Shown: positions 8,517 through 18,473 of the stretch, piece by piece
Position numbering within the stretch: position 1 is the stretch's first letter
Layout of the letters: every line of letters begins with the position of its first letter
Source of the DNA: a virus
Lineage: Duplodnaviria > Caudoviricetes
DNA length: 56,963 nucleotides
Strand: one strand, 5' to 3'
Virus record (IMG/VR): IMGVR_UViG_3300030117_006614
Span: 1 to 56,963 of that record
The notes under the pieces: generated by a model
Told to the model about the DNA's origin: nothing
Databases searched by the model: none
What the model saw: only the letters and a program-made list of their open reading frames with translations
Made by a program: the position numbers and the translations under genes

Positions 8517-9125
8517 CTACTCAAACACGCTGTCATCACTGTCCGTCGACACTGCGGTCGGAACATCGGAGCCTTTCTCGTTAGCCGAATCAACGACTTC
8601 CTTGTCCAACTCACGAATCCTTGCGAGAGCATCGTTCACGTCGATTCCCTCCGCATCGCACATGGCGTATGCTCGGGTCATCTGACGTGCGGCAATCACG
8701 CCCTTCTGTACCTTGCCCAGAAAGGACGCAGTGGCCGCGGCGATAGCTTTCTGAATCCGTTCAGACTCTGGAAGCCTCACTTGCGGCCAGTGTGAATAGC
8801 CGGCGGCGATTGCCTTGGCTTCGGATGAGAAAGACCGGACTCCGTAGGGGGTGCGAAACTCGCGTTCCGTTCCGTCCTGTAGAGTCAGTATCTCGACCAA
8901 TTCCGGTTCCCACTTTCCGTGCTCGCCCCCTTCCTTGTTGGGAGTGAACTTCGCACGAATCGTGAGATTGCCTTCGACAACTTCGCTTGCGTCGAGATGT
9001 TCGTCGTATATGGCTTGAATCGCCTGTTTGACTTCCACTTCGAGCGCCGCGACAATATCGCCTCTGCTCTCTGCAGCGTTTGAGGTTGTAGTTTCAGCTT
9101 GCTTGTGTAGTTTGATGTTAGCCAT
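8517..9125 (-). CDS. Acidic hypothetical protein, first gene of the early block
   Basis: Likely start ATG 9125 (MANIKLHK, AAAGGA RBS), 202 aa, D/E-rich C-terminus. Confidence 0.7.
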   Translation of the reverse strand: MANIKLHKQAETTTSNAAESRGDIVAALEVEVKQAIQAIYDEHLDASEVVEGNLTIRAKFTPNKEGGEHGKWEPELVEILTLQDGTEREFRTPYGVRSFSSEAKAIAAGYSHWPQVRLPESERIQKAIAAATASFLGKVQKGVIAARQMTRAYAMCDAEGIDVNDALARIRELDKEVVDSANEKGSDVPTAVSTDSDDSVFE

Positions 9126-9651
9126 CAGACTGTCCTTTGCTGGACGTGTCCAGCGTTTGTGGGCAGAATTGCCCGTCCCGTAACGGAACACCGTGCCCCG
9201 CGACGGGACTGGAAATTCTGCTCTATTTGACCTGCTTTCCGCTCGGAGGATGCTGCCCACGAAGTCAGCCATTATGCCCTCAAGGTCGCTGCGATGTTTT
9301 GTGTTTCTCCCTGCTGCCCAAACAATCTGCCCCGGTATCAAGGCACCGTCCAGAAAAAACTGCAATTCAGTTGCTCACAGGCTTGACGTACAGCGTTTTT
9401 TTTTTCGCTTGTTGGCGCTTTCTTGGTACCAGGGTGTTGCGCTTTCAGTCTTTTCTCCCGCGCAAGGGGAGCCAGTTGTTCCCCTCCAGATAGGGTCAAT
9501 CACTCCCCCGGTAGCGTCTCCCTCCCCCACCCAGGACAGCCCATCACCGAGATTTCCAGACACAAAAGGCATCCCCTCCCGCGTCCCGCCATCCTTTTTC
9601 TTTGGGACTCCACTCTGACAACTATGAAAAATTGCATGTTATGTTTTCAGA

Positions 9652-10575
9652 ATGTCATCACCAAAAGCAGACCCTTGGATGGGCTTGATCAGAAAAGATA
9701 AAAATATAAAAGGCATGGTGCTGGATCGCGTAGACACGACGCTCTGGCATTGGGTCACGGCTTTCAATATGCGGACCCCGTATATGGAACGGAAGAATAT
9801 CCACTGCTTTGCGAATCCTCACGGCAACCGCACGATTGAGGTGATTCGGTCGTTGGTGTATCGGTGTACGCCGTTGAGGATGGCCATGTGGGATGAACGG
9901 TTGTTCGTGGCCCCGTCAGAATGGCCGGAAGAGTTTTCTTCCATCAAATCTTTTGGGCTGAAAGAGGCGCCGAGCCCATACGAGGTGGCGTGCGCGATTC
10001 TGGTGGCGCCGGAAGTCGGTTCCCGCTTCTGGGGTTTTAAGAAGTTTGAAGGGGAAGGGAAAGCGGTTGCCCATTGGTGGTTAGCGGGGATGCCGGTAGA
10101 AGCCATCCAAAAACTACTGGGGCAGAAAAAGGGACGTTGGGTATCTCTGATGGAAAACTATTTTTCTGCATTAGTTAAAAGCAGAAAGTTTAAGCTTTGG
10201 GCGCTGGGCTCGAATCCGGTTCCGGCTTGCCCGAATAGGATTACTGCTCAAATACTACAACGGGCTTTACAAGGGGAGGCGCGGAGGGGAAATGTCACTC
10301 GGGGAGAGCGTAACGCTTGGGAGCGTTTTTGGGCTCATCCCTATATCTCGACCCAGATTAAGACAGGCGTAAGGCGCTGTCCAATAGAAAGAACACTATA
10401 TCGACCGGGAGTTGTTTGGCCAAGTGTAGAAGATAAATTGGAATGGGTGTATAAAGAAGGTGGGAATCAGAAAGAATTGCGAAAAACAATCGAGTGGTTG
10501 GAAAGTCGCGTTTACAAACGCCCCAAGTGGTTGGTCCCACTAAAATTTCCGAAACAGGATATACTCGCATTATGA
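9652..10575 (+). CDS. Hypothetical protein, possible HTH regulator
   Basis: 307 aa, basic and Trp-rich. WWLAGMPVEAIQKLLGQKKG weakly resembles a sigma region-4-type HTH. Confidence 0.6.
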   Translation: MSSPKADPWMGLIRKDKNIKGMVLDRVDTTLWHWVTAFNMRTPYMERKNIHCFANPHGNRTIEVIRSLVYRCTPLRMAMWDERLFVAPSEWPEEFSSIKSFGLKEAPSPYEVACAILVAPEVGSRFWGFKKFEGEGKAVAHWWLAGMPVEAIQKLLGQKKGRWVSLMENYFSALVKSRKFKLWALGSNPVPACPNRITAQILQRALQGEARRGNVTRGERNAWERFWAHPYISTQIKTGVRRCPIERTLYRPGVVWPSVEDKLEWVYKEGGNQKELRKTIEWLESRVYKRPKWLVPLKFPKQDILAL

Positions 10576-11006
10576 AAAAGAATTTAACTGCAGAAGAATT
10601 TTTGTTCTCCAACAACGATCTTCCGGCACCCAGCGACGACCATCAAGTAACTGCAGAAGCAATCCTGGCTTTGGCGCAGACAGGAAAGCTTAGGGATTCT
10701 AATGACTTAAAGGATTTCAGTGCCGAAATGATGGGCGCGTTGCTCCGAAAAGAGGTGACGGTTGGCGCGTCAAGAGAAATGCGGCAGTGGGCTGAATTGA
10801 TTTATTCATTGATTCAAACAGAGTCGATGAGCAACGGTGGAAAGGAAATCAACTTTATCGGGCAGTTGGTTCAAATGAGTGGCGTCAGTTTAGAAGAAAA
10901 GCCCGTGATTGAAGTAGAGCCTCAAAAACAATTACCTGAACCTGAAATCGGTGTGGAAGACCTCTTCACCGAAATCGTCGAACACAAAATCGCAACCAAC
11001 GAGTAG
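10572..11006 (+). CDS. Possible terminase small subunit
   Basis: 144 aa from ATG 10572 (ATGA overlap), helical with acidic tail, upstream of TerL. Assigned by position only. Confidence 0.4.
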   Translation: MKKNLTAEEFLFSNNDLPAPSDDHQVTAEAILALAQTGKLRDSNDLKDFSAEMMGALLRKEVTVGASREMRQWAELIYSLIQTESMSNGGKEINFIGQLVQMSGVSLEEKPVIEVEPQKQLPEPEIGVEDLFTEIVEHKIATNE

Positions 11007-11009
11007 AAT

Positions 11010-11642
11010 ATGTCCGCGAACGAAGCCAAAGAAGCCCGACTTGACGCAGCCCGCGCAGCCCTTGATGACGAGGCGAAAAAGAAAACACCAAGAGTCAATC
11101 CTGGTTTTGATGTTGGCCAAGAAGCGTTTATGCAGGAAATGGAAGCGGCTGAAGCCAGAGGCGACCTGCCCCCCGTTACGGTGCGGACGCCCGAGAATAT
11201 GGGTAATTGGGATCAGTTTATCAACGACGCCGAGCCTGAAATCATACGCAGCATGGAGGGCGGTGAAACTCCAACTGAAGCCGCAAAGACTTACCGCACG
11301 ACTCTGACACGTATGGCAGATGCCAGAAAGGGGGCGCAAAATCGGCTCAGACAACTTAGTGATCAGATCGCTCCCAAGACAATCGGTTATGTAGGGCGAA
11401 GCGACCTTTCGACAATGTTTGAACTTATCGCTGATGGCAAAGTAACTCTCAACGACCCTGAGTTGCAGAAGGAAGTGCTTGAAGCCGCTACCGAGGTCAA
11501 AAAACTTTACGCAAATGAAGACAACCCCCAAGGGTATATTCCTCAACTACATGACGATATGGTGGAATCGGCGGCTGAAGAATCTGTTTGGAAAGAAGGT
11601 AAGGGCGTCATGCAAGCTGTTCATAAAGGCGAGTTGGAGTAA
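11010..11642 (+). CDS. Acidic hypothetical protein carrying the scaffold-like motif
   Basis: 210 aa, N-terminal RLDAARAAL. Confidence 0.75.
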   Translation: MSANEAKEARLDAARAALDDEAKKKTPRVNPGFDVGQEAFMQEMEAAEARGDLPPVTVRTPENMGNWDQFINDAEPEIIRSMEGGETPTEAAKTYRTTLTRMADARKGAQNRLRQLSDQIAPKTIGYVGRSDLSTMFELIADGKVTLNDPELQKEVLEAATEVKKLYANEDNPQGYIPQLHDDMVESAAEESVWKEGKGVMQAVHKGELE

Positions 11643-11645
11643 GTA

Positions 11646-11858
11646 ATGAAAAAAGAACGCATGGAAGCTGCCAAAGAAGCAGTCGAGTACGGTAAGAAAA
11701 AGAAGAAAGACTCGAAAGAAGCCTTGGATGAAGTAGCAGACAATCTAGAAGCAGCTTCCGCAAAACACAAAAAAGATTCTAAGACAGTGGCGAAGGTAGT
11801 CGGCAACATGAAAGGCGGCGGCAATCCTCACTACAAAGTTAAAACAGGGTCTTACTAG
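11646..11858 (+). CDS. Small Lys-rich protein carrying the scaffold-like motif
   Basis: 70 aa, GGAG RBS, RMEAAKEAV. Confidence 0.75.
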   Translation: MKKERMEAAKEAVEYGKKKKKDSKEALDEVADNLEAASAKHKKDSKTVAKVVGNMKGGGNPHYKVKTGSY

Positions 11859-11861
11859 TAG

Positions 11862-12791
11862 ATGGCAAACCCTAATCCAGAAAAAGTTAAAGGGCAGGTA
11901 GCCAGTAGTAAACGTCGGCACATGCTGAAACGCTATGAACCTATGGCCATGAAACCGGGTGGTTATGACCCTGACAAACCCCTTCCAGATGCGACCATTC
12001 CAGACCTGCCCCCCACATCAGCGCAGCTTGCTACTCAAATTATCCCTGATTCCGATGACTCGACTGTTGCTGCTGCGCCATGGCTTGACCCTACAATAGA
12101 AGGCAGACTTTATCCGGCCGCTGAAAATAAAAGGGCTCGTATAGAAGCAGCCAGAGCCGCAATACGGGAGTCAGAAAAGTCTGGTGTAGAGTCTGCCACG
12201 GTAGAAGCCGAACCAGTAGAAACTGAGCCTACCGAAGACTCTAAAACATATGTGAGTCCTTGGCGTCGGCCGGGAGCAGATATGGATTATCGACCATTTC
12301 CAGACGAGCATCCCGACGTAACTGTCCGAGATTTAGCCGAAGCCGATGAGCGGCAGATGGCAGAATTGGTTGAGCGGTATGGCTCTTTAGAGGGTGTTGG
12401 TAGGGCTATGCAAGCGCAAACCAAACACGGCCACGAACGCTATCTCGAAGAGATGGCTCTCGGTGGTTTTGGAAACCAGCCTTGGGAAAAAGGGCCCGGT
12501 ATTGAGGCATACGGAAAATCTGTCCAAGATGTAGGGGATGCTTTAGGCTGGGTTCCGAATCCAGTGCCCCAAGCAGTTGGCACAGGCATGTATTCTGTTG
12601 GGGCAGGAATGCAGGGTAAATGGGATGAAGTTGCTGGGGGGCTTATCGGCGCTGGCCTTGGTGCTGCGGGCAGACACGCCCTTAAACAGCTTGCAAAAGC
12701 TAAAGACTGGGGCGGGATTCGTGAGAAGTTTGGGCCCGATATAGCAGAAATAATGATCGATCAAAGCGTACAAGAAGTGGGTGAAATGTAG
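11862..12791 (+). CDS. Hypothetical protein with scaffold-like motif and C-terminal glycine zipper
   Basis: 309 aa, RIEAARAAI, VAGGLIGAGLGAAG. Confidence 0.75.
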   Translation: MANPNPEKVKGQVASSKRRHMLKRYEPMAMKPGGYDPDKPLPDATIPDLPPTSAQLATQIIPDSDDSTVAAAPWLDPTIEGRLYPAAENKRARIEAARAAIRESEKSGVESATVEAEPVETEPTEDSKTYVSPWRRPGADMDYRPFPDEHPDVTVRDLAEADERQMAELVERYGSLEGVGRAMQAQTKHGHERYLEEMALGGFGNQPWEKGPGIEAYGKSVQDVGDALGWVPNPVPQAVGTGMYSVGAGMQGKWDEVAGGLIGAGLGAAGRHALKQLAKAKDWGGIREKFGPDIAEIMIDQSVQEVGEM

Positions 12792-14467
12792 TGTCGAACC
12801 CCAATCCAGAACAGATTTTAGATTTCCTGCGGAATCCCAAAAAGTCTTTGCCTGCATTTGGGAAAGTGCATGACCAAAAAACGGGCCAGTTTGTAGGCTA
12901 TGATCCGACACGGATCACAGATACGATGCAAACGGAAATCATCGACTATCTGAGCGATACCCCACGCACTACTTATGGGCAGACCAAGTTTCTCACCATC
13001 CTCACAGCCCGTCAGATGGGTAAGTCGCTGTCGGTTGAGTACGGTTGCTACCCAAAAGCAGCGTATTCGCAGGGCTGGGACCACGTTTGTATCGCGGATA
13101 ATACAGATCGCGCTGAATACCTACATAAACGTGTTCACCATCTACATAATAAGTGGCCCGAAAGTATTCGTTCGCAGACTGTCCACTCCAGAGAAAGTAG
13201 GCAGTTGACGTTCAAGCCCGAAATGGGTGGAAAGATGCGTATTCTTTCTGCTGAGTCAGGTGCTGTGGGTATTGGCCAATCTCCAGACTCTTTTCATGCG
13301 TCTGAGTGTGCGTTTTGGGCAGACTTCTCTGGGTCGATGTTCCTGATTTGGCCTTCACTTGCAAACCGGGACCACGCACTCGCTATATTTGAGTGTACTC
13401 CTTGGGAAGCCCGTTCAGATTGGCACGAACACTGTCTCACAGCCAAAGCTGGAGAAGGTCGGCACTTATATAAGTTTTTCCCTTTCTGGGACGGGCACCT
13501 AAATAAGCGTACCTGGGAAAAAGATTGGACGCTCGACAATGAAGAGATCAACATGCTCAACAAGTACGGGCATGAGGGTTTATCATACGAGAACCTGGCT
13601 TTCCGCCGCTTCATGTTGAACACTGACCAACACTTGCGCCGCAAACCAGAGTTGTTCAACGTCTTTTATCCCTTCGATGATGTTTCTTGTTGGATCATGG
13701 CGTCAAATGCGGCCATTCCAGACCATGCACTCGAAAAACACCGGGAAAAAACGCTTGTCCCTTGGCAGGCCCCCTATCAAGAGTACGAAAAACCCGAGCC
13801 GGGTGCGGTATATGTAATCGGAGCCGATCCATGCGGCCATGCAGCCCGAGATCACGCTTCATTTCAGGTTTTGAAGTGTTTTGAAGGCGAATGGACACAA
13901 GTTGCTTGTTATGCCGAGCACTCAGACCCCTTGACCTTCACAACAAAGCTTGTTGAGACTGCATTTCGCTACAATAAGGCAAATATTGTCGTAGAATCTA
14001 ATGGTGTTGGGCAGGGTGTTCTTTCTTTGCTTCGAGATTGGAATTATCCCAACATTTTTTACGAAAAGCGCCGCAAGCCTGGATTTACCAGTACAGCAAA
14101 GTCAATTGACGAATGTGTTGGTTGGCTGATTGATGCTTTGCTCGATGAATTGGTTTTGAATGACCAAAATACAGTCGAACAACTAATGTCGTACAAAAAC
14201 GACAAAAGAATCGAAGAGGGTGCAAATTCTGAGTTGTCTCGGGGCCAACCATCCCGCAGAAGGCGGGATAGGCACCACTGGGATAAGGTTTCTGCTCTTA
14301 CAATGGCGATTGTAGGCGCTCGTCTCGCGCCCCGGCGTACTCGCCGCTCTTCGAAGCCAGAAGACAATATAATCGAGTTTAGGCCAATGACTTATGATGA
14401 ACGCACAAAGCACTACAAAGAAGTAGAGAAGCAAAAAAACAAAAAGCGCGATAAATATTGGCTGTAA
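12791..14467 (+). CDS. terL: Terminase large subunit
   Basis: Walker A ARQMGKS, Walker B FHASECAFW, coupling motif FECTP, and RNase H-like nuclease motifs IGADP, VVESNGVG, HWDKVSA. Confidence 0.95.
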   Translation: MSNPNPEQILDFLRNPKKSLPAFGKVHDQKTGQFVGYDPTRITDTMQTEIIDYLSDTPRTTYGQTKFLTILTARQMGKSLSVEYGCYPKAAYSQGWDHVCIADNTDRAEYLHKRVHHLHNKWPESIRSQTVHSRESRQLTFKPEMGGKMRILSAESGAVGIGQSPDSFHASECAFWADFSGSMFLIWPSLANRDHALAIFECTPWEARSDWHEHCLTAKAGEGRHLYKFFPFWDGHLNKRTWEKDWTLDNEEINMLNKYGHEGLSYENLAFRRFMLNTDQHLRRKPELFNVFYPFDDVSCWIMASNAAIPDHALEKHREKTLVPWQAPYQEYEKPEPGAVYVIGADPCGHAARDHASFQVLKCFEGEWTQVACYAEHSDPLTFTTKLVETAFRYNKANIVVESNGVGQGVLSLLRDWNYPNIFYEKRRKPGFTSTAKSIDECVGWLIDALLDELVLNDQNTVEQLMSYKNDKRIEEGANSELSRGQPSRRRRDRHHWDKVSALTMAIVGARLAPRRTRRSSKPEDNIIEFRPMTYDERTKHYKEVEKQKNKKRDKYWL

Positions 14468-14499
14468 TAAATGTTACACTGACCCAACCGGGAGAAATT

Positions 14500-14730
14500 A
14501 TGTTTGAAGAAGATGACATCGAACCCACCCCAGAGTTCAAGAAAAAAACCGACGAGGCAGAATCTAAACTAGCTTCGGCTATGGATAAACCGAAGAAGCC
14601 TAAAATCGGCCCAGGCACCAAGGACCCAAAAGCTACTGTCACTGTTGGTAAGATTTATACGCTCAAAGGCGCAGCCAAAGAAGCGATAGCCAACGACAAA
14701 AAGGACAAAGAAGAGGAAGAATCTGACTAA
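14500..14730 (+). CDS. Small charged hypothetical protein
   Basis: 76 aa from ATG 14500 (GGAGA RBS), AAKEAI partial motif, TAATG-coupled to portal. Confidence 0.65.
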   Translation: MFEEDDIEPTPEFKKKTDEAESKLASAMDKPKKPKIGPGTKDPKATVTVGKIYTLKGAAKEAIANDKKDKEEEESD

Positions 14731-16556
14731 TGGCTCTCGATCCAAAAACCTTAAAGTCGATCATCGCAGCACACGTCAAAAAGGCTAACAAAGAGCATAA
14801 GTCTTTTGATAAGTGGCGTGCGTGGTATCGCTCCGAGTATTGGGGCGAATACACAGATGACGAGTCTGATGGGCTTTTGGTTGAGAATAACTATCTGTAT
14901 GCCTTCACGGATACGATGGTTGCCAGCGTCACTCCCCCTACTCCGAGAGTTACTTGTGCTCCAAGAAAGCGGGATGACGAAACTGTAGAGGCTGCACAGT
15001 ATCGGGAAGCCCTGATTAACGATGTGCTGTATCGAACCAGTGCCCACGAGATTTTGTGGCGAATGGCTACGATGGCCTCTGTTTATGGTCGCTCAATCTT
15101 GAAGAGTGTTTGGAATTTCTCGAAAAAAAGTCCAGACTACCTCGTCATAGATCCCCGATACTTCTTCTATGACATGACTGTCAGCCGCTGGGAAGATATT
15201 CGGTACGCCATTGAAGTGACCACACTAACTCGGGCAGAATTCCAAGGACGCACGAATCGCCGCCAAAAGAAGCGCGGTTCAATGGAATATGACCCCGCTA
15301 TCGCTGAAAAAGCCAGTTTTGGTGCTTTTCCTAAATGGTTGAGCGATAAAGAAGAAACCACCATCAAACTTTCCGAAGATATGCGGAAAACCTTTGAATG
15401 GGTGATTGTTTACGAAGTTTATGACTTCACAAACGATCGGTACTACCACATGCTTGAAAATGAGTCCGAACCCCTGTTCGTAGGTGATTTGCCCTACACT
15501 TTTGTTCGAAACCCATTCAAGCTTCTGTCTTTCAACGAAAACTTGGCCGATATTGGCGGAATGAGTGATTCTCAGTTGGTGGAGCGGCAACAGCGGCGTC
15601 TAAACGAGTTGGATACCCTGGAGTTACGCCATGCACAATCTTCAATCCCTGTTACAGTCGTCAATGAAGCCCTATGCGACGATCCCGAAGATTTCGTCGA
15701 TCAAGTTTCTACAGCAACCAGTCCGGGAGACGTGGTTAGGCTCCGAGGCAAAAACGCGGCCCCACTCGCAGACATGTTGGGGCAAACGCCAACGTCTGCA
15801 CTCTCTCCTAGTTTTGACACGATTCGGGATCGGATTGAAAGTTCGATCCAATTTGTCTTGGGCATTCCTGACTATGCTCGCGGCCAAGCCGGATCTACGG
15901 ACGTAGCAACCGAGTTGGCGCTTGTAGATTCTGCCATGCGAACCCGCTTGGGCCGTCGAACCAAACTTATCAATGCTGTTATCGAGCATATGGCAAAAAC
16001 GGCTGTTGGTTTCTACGAAGAATACCTGACTTCTGCCGAAGAGATTCCCGTGCGCGTGGCGGGCGATGCAAACGCAAAAATCGTTGCACGCAAACACTTG
16101 ATGGCTCGCGATCCTCTGGAAGCTGACGAAGCGTTACGCAGGGGCGAGTCATTAGAAGAACCTTTAGATATTGATTACGAGGTTGTACCCTACAGCCCCA
16201 CAGAAAACTCTAAAGCAGCTCAAATCAAAAAACTTTCCCAATTCTTAGAAATCCTAATGGTGTCTGAGAATGTGGATCAAAGAAAACTAATGTCGCATCT
16301 TTTAGAGGTGTTGGACATTAGCCGCGATGTTCTTGTTTCGGAAGAACAACTCCAACAGCAGCAACTTCAACAGATGAAGGCGGCACATGCCGGACAGCAA
16401 GCTGGATCTCCCATGAATCCAGACGCTCTCGGTCCCGGTGCTCCTGGCGAAGATACGATGGCAACAGGCGGTATGCCTCCCGGTGTACCCGAAATTCCAA
16501 CAGAAGCTATCGGCGGAATGGCCGGTGGTGCAGGTTTCCCAACTCCCCAAGGATAA
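14730..16556 (+). CDS. Portal protein
   Basis: 608 aa after TerL. VYGRSILK, GIPDYARG-(x)-ATE and Q/P/G-rich tail are typical of P22-like portals. Confidence 0.88.
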   Translation: MALDPKTLKSIIAAHVKKANKEHKSFDKWRAWYRSEYWGEYTDDESDGLLVENNYLYAFTDTMVASVTPPTPRVTCAPRKRDDETVEAAQYREALINDVLYRTSAHEILWRMATMASVYGRSILKSVWNFSKKSPDYLVIDPRYFFYDMTVSRWEDIRYAIEVTTLTRAEFQGRTNRRQKKRGSMEYDPAIAEKASFGAFPKWLSDKEETTIKLSEDMRKTFEWVIVYEVYDFTNDRYYHMLENESEPLFVGDLPYTFVRNPFKLLSFNENLADIGGMSDSQLVERQQRRLNELDTLELRHAQSSIPVTVVNEALCDDPEDFVDQVSTATSPGDVVRLRGKNAAPLADMLGQTPTSALSPSFDTIRDRIESSIQFVLGIPDYARGQAGSTDVATELALVDSAMRTRLGRRTKLINAVIEHMAKTAVGFYEEYLTSAEEIPVRVAGDANAKIVARKHLMARDPLEADEALRRGESLEEPLDIDYEVVPYSPTENSKAAQIKKLSQFLEILMVSENVDQRKLMSHLLEVLDISRDVLVSEEQLQQQQLQQMKAAHAGQQAGSPMNPDALGPGAPGEDTMATGGMPPGVPEIPTEAIGGMAGGAGFPTPQG

Positions 16557-16559
16557 AAA

Positions 16560-17138
16560 ATGGCGTACCCGACACACCCAAGACACCAAGCAGCCCGCGA
16601 AGCTTTGCAATATCAAGCAGGCCAACAGCCAGCAGAATCGTTCGATCCGATGCAGAATGTTCAAAGCAAAAATTCTACGATGGGAATGGGCGAAACGCTC
16701 AGACCACCTTGGGCAGAAGAACAACCGCCAATGATGGGCGAAGAGTATTTGGCGAACCCTGCAACCCAAAAACCGCAAACGTTGTATGGCGGCGGAGCCA
16801 ATAGCGATTTTGTGGAAGGAACCGAGCCTATCTACAAACCCGGCCGAGGGCCGGCTGCTGCTGGTCCTGGCGCAATTACAATGAGCCACGAATTTAGTAT
16901 GCCACCGCGCGAACCAGCTATGGGTGATGCACCGCCTATCCAAGAAGTAGCACCCGAAGCGCCTGCACCCGAACCGGGAGGGCCAAATCTTTCCGAAAAA
17001 TCTACTGAAGAATTACAGGAAGGTCGCCGCCGTTTGATGGCCCGCATGATGGACGAACCCAGAGGCCCACAACTAGAGGCGATGCAAAAACTCGCAGATT
17101 CTATCGACCGTGAATTGTCGACGAGGCATGGGGGATAA
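16560..17138 (+). CDS. Pro/Met-rich hypothetical protein carrying the scaffold-like motif
   Basis: 192 aa, low complexity, RHQAAREAL near the N-terminus. Confidence 0.75.
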   Translation: MAYPTHPRHQAAREALQYQAGQQPAESFDPMQNVQSKNSTMGMGETLRPPWAEEQPPMMGEEYLANPATQKPQTLYGGGANSDFVEGTEPIYKPGRGPAAAGPGAITMSHEFSMPPREPAMGDAPPIQEVAPEAPAPEPGGPNLSEKSTEELQEGRRRLMARMMDEPRGPQLEAMQKLADSIDRELSTRHGG

Positions 17139-17139
17139 G

Positions 17140-17400
17140 ATGGCAGTAGACAATCCTGCGGTAGACATGGGCCTTGTAAATTGGGACGAATACAAAAACC
17201 AAGAGCAGCCCGCAGCAGCCCCAACCGCACAAGCCCCCGCTCCTGGGCAAGAGTTTCAGAATAATCAGTTACGAAAACAAAAGATTCGTAGCGCCCTGAA
17301 AGGGATGGCTGACGCCCGCTCCGCCCCCGTACAGCCTCTAATTCAATTGCCCGAATCTAAAGCACCTGGGCCAAAAGAAATAAATTTTATGGAAGCTTGA
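17140..17400 (+). CDS. Small hypothetical protein
   Basis: 86 aa from ATG 17140 (GGGGA RBS), RKQKIRSAL degenerate motif. Confidence 0.65.
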   Translation: MAVDNPAVDMGLVNWDEYKNQEQPAAAPTAQAPAPGQEFQNNQLRKQKIRSALKGMADARSAPVQPLIQLPESKAPGPKEINFMEA

Positions 17401-17402
17401 TC

Positions 17403-17783
17403 ATGCCTTTTTACACTCAAATCTGCGATGACTGCGGCACGCTTGAAGATGTGCTCCGATCTGTTTCCGAATACAAAATATGCGCTGCCTGTGGAAAACC
17501 TTGTAAGATTAAGATTGCTCCAACCCCCACCTTGGGCATTGTTTGGTCAAACGTAGAAACCAACTCACAGATTGGGCAAAAATGGGAAACCAACGCACAA
17601 AAGCGTGCTTGGTTTGAAAAGCACCCCAATGTTCGTCCAATGGAAGTTGGTAGTCCCGAAGAAAAATCTTTTCGAAATGACCTGCGAGATAAAGCAGACC
17701 AAGCCGCAAAGAAAAAAGGCTACAAAGACGTTTCCCATTTTAAGAAAGCAAACAAAGAAAGGTTAGCCAAACCGGGGTCTTGA
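17403..17783 (+). CDS. FmdB-like zinc-ribbon protein
   Basis: MPFYTQICDDCG...ICAACGK CxxC-CxxC. Common in phage head modules. Confidence 0.8.
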   Translation: MPFYTQICDDCGTLEDVLRSVSEYKICAACGKPCKIKIAPTPTLGIVWSNVETNSQIGQKWETNAQKRAWFEKHPNVRPMEVGSPEEKSFRNDLRDKADQAAKKKGYKDVSHFKKANKERLAKPGS

Positions 17784-17809
17784 CAAGGTTGCCTCTCTGC
17801 AGGTAAAAC
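17780..17809 (+). promoter_or_regulatory. Sigma70-like promoter upstream of scaffold/capsid genes
   Basis: TTGACA-18 nt-TAAAAC in an intergenic gap. Confidence 0.5.
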
Positions 17810-17832
17810 TAAAATACAAATTTGAGGCAAAT

Positions 17833-18063
17833 TTGGCTACAGAATACGATGAAATGTCTTTTGAAGATTTGATGGCTTTGTATGAGTCCAAACTTTCTGC
17901 GGCAGTGCCTCCGACAGCTTCTGAGCAAATGCCTCAAGTACAGGCTACAGAAGGCGACCAGGAAGCTACTTCAGCCGATATTGCCAACCAAAGAATCCAA
18001 GCAACACGAAATGTGTTAGCAAACAAAGTAAATAACTTTTCTCCAGAACAATCTGAGGTATAA
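17833..18063 (+). CDS. Small acidic protein carrying the scaffold-like motif
   Basis: 76 aa, GAGG RBS, TTG start, RIQATRNVL. Confidence 0.7.
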   Translation: MATEYDEMSFEDLMALYESKLSAAVPPTASEQMPQVQATEGDQEATSADIANQRIQATRNVLANKVNNFSPEQSEV

Positions 18064-18462
18064 ATGCCAGGACTTGACGACGACTCTTATATGGCAGGAG
18101 AAACTGCCACCCAAGCTGCAGAAGCTATTGACGCGGCAATTGACGAAGGAAAGAGAGGCACAGAAATTCTCTCAACACTTTTGGGCAGTGGGATGCGCGT
18201 TTATACCGACTCCGAAATGGGCGGAGAAGAAGAGCCTCCGATGGATGAGCCAATGGACGACCCCATGGGCGAACCGATGGATGAGCCTCCAATGGGAGAA
18301 GAACCTCCAATGGATGATGAGCCGGAAGGCTCTGGTATGCCCTTCGAAGGTCCACAAGAACCCAAATCAGGCAACGAAGGCGGAATGCGCGACATGCGTA
18401 TTGCCGCTGTACGTTTTGCCTTGGACAAAGACAAAGAAAATAAAGAAAAGGCGGAAGCCTAA
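18064..18462 (+). CDS. Acidic protein with (E/D)PM repeats and scaffold-like motif
   Basis: 132 aa, EEEPPMDEPMDDPMGEPMDEPPMGEEPPMDDEP, RIAAVRFAL near the C-terminus. Confidence 0.8.
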   Translation: MPGLDDDSYMAGETATQAAEAIDAAIDEGKRGTEILSTLLGSGMRVYTDSEMGGEEEPPMDEPMDDPMGEPMDEPPMGEEPPMDDEPEGSGMPFEGPQEPKSGNEGGMRDMRIAAVRFALDKDKENKEKAEA

Positions 18463-18473
18463 AAAGGAAGATT

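Noticed and set aside
9126-9365. N-terminal extension of ORF 8517-9365 (similar extensions at 7750, 10494, 51042, 52873)
   Set aside because: Downstream starts have better RBS or stop-start coupling, and the extensions look non-coding in composition.
18225-18325. DNA repeats in ORF 18064 as a contingency or variable locus
   Set aside because: Imperfect in-frame repeats encoding a (D/E)PM low-complexity linker; no sign of phase variation.
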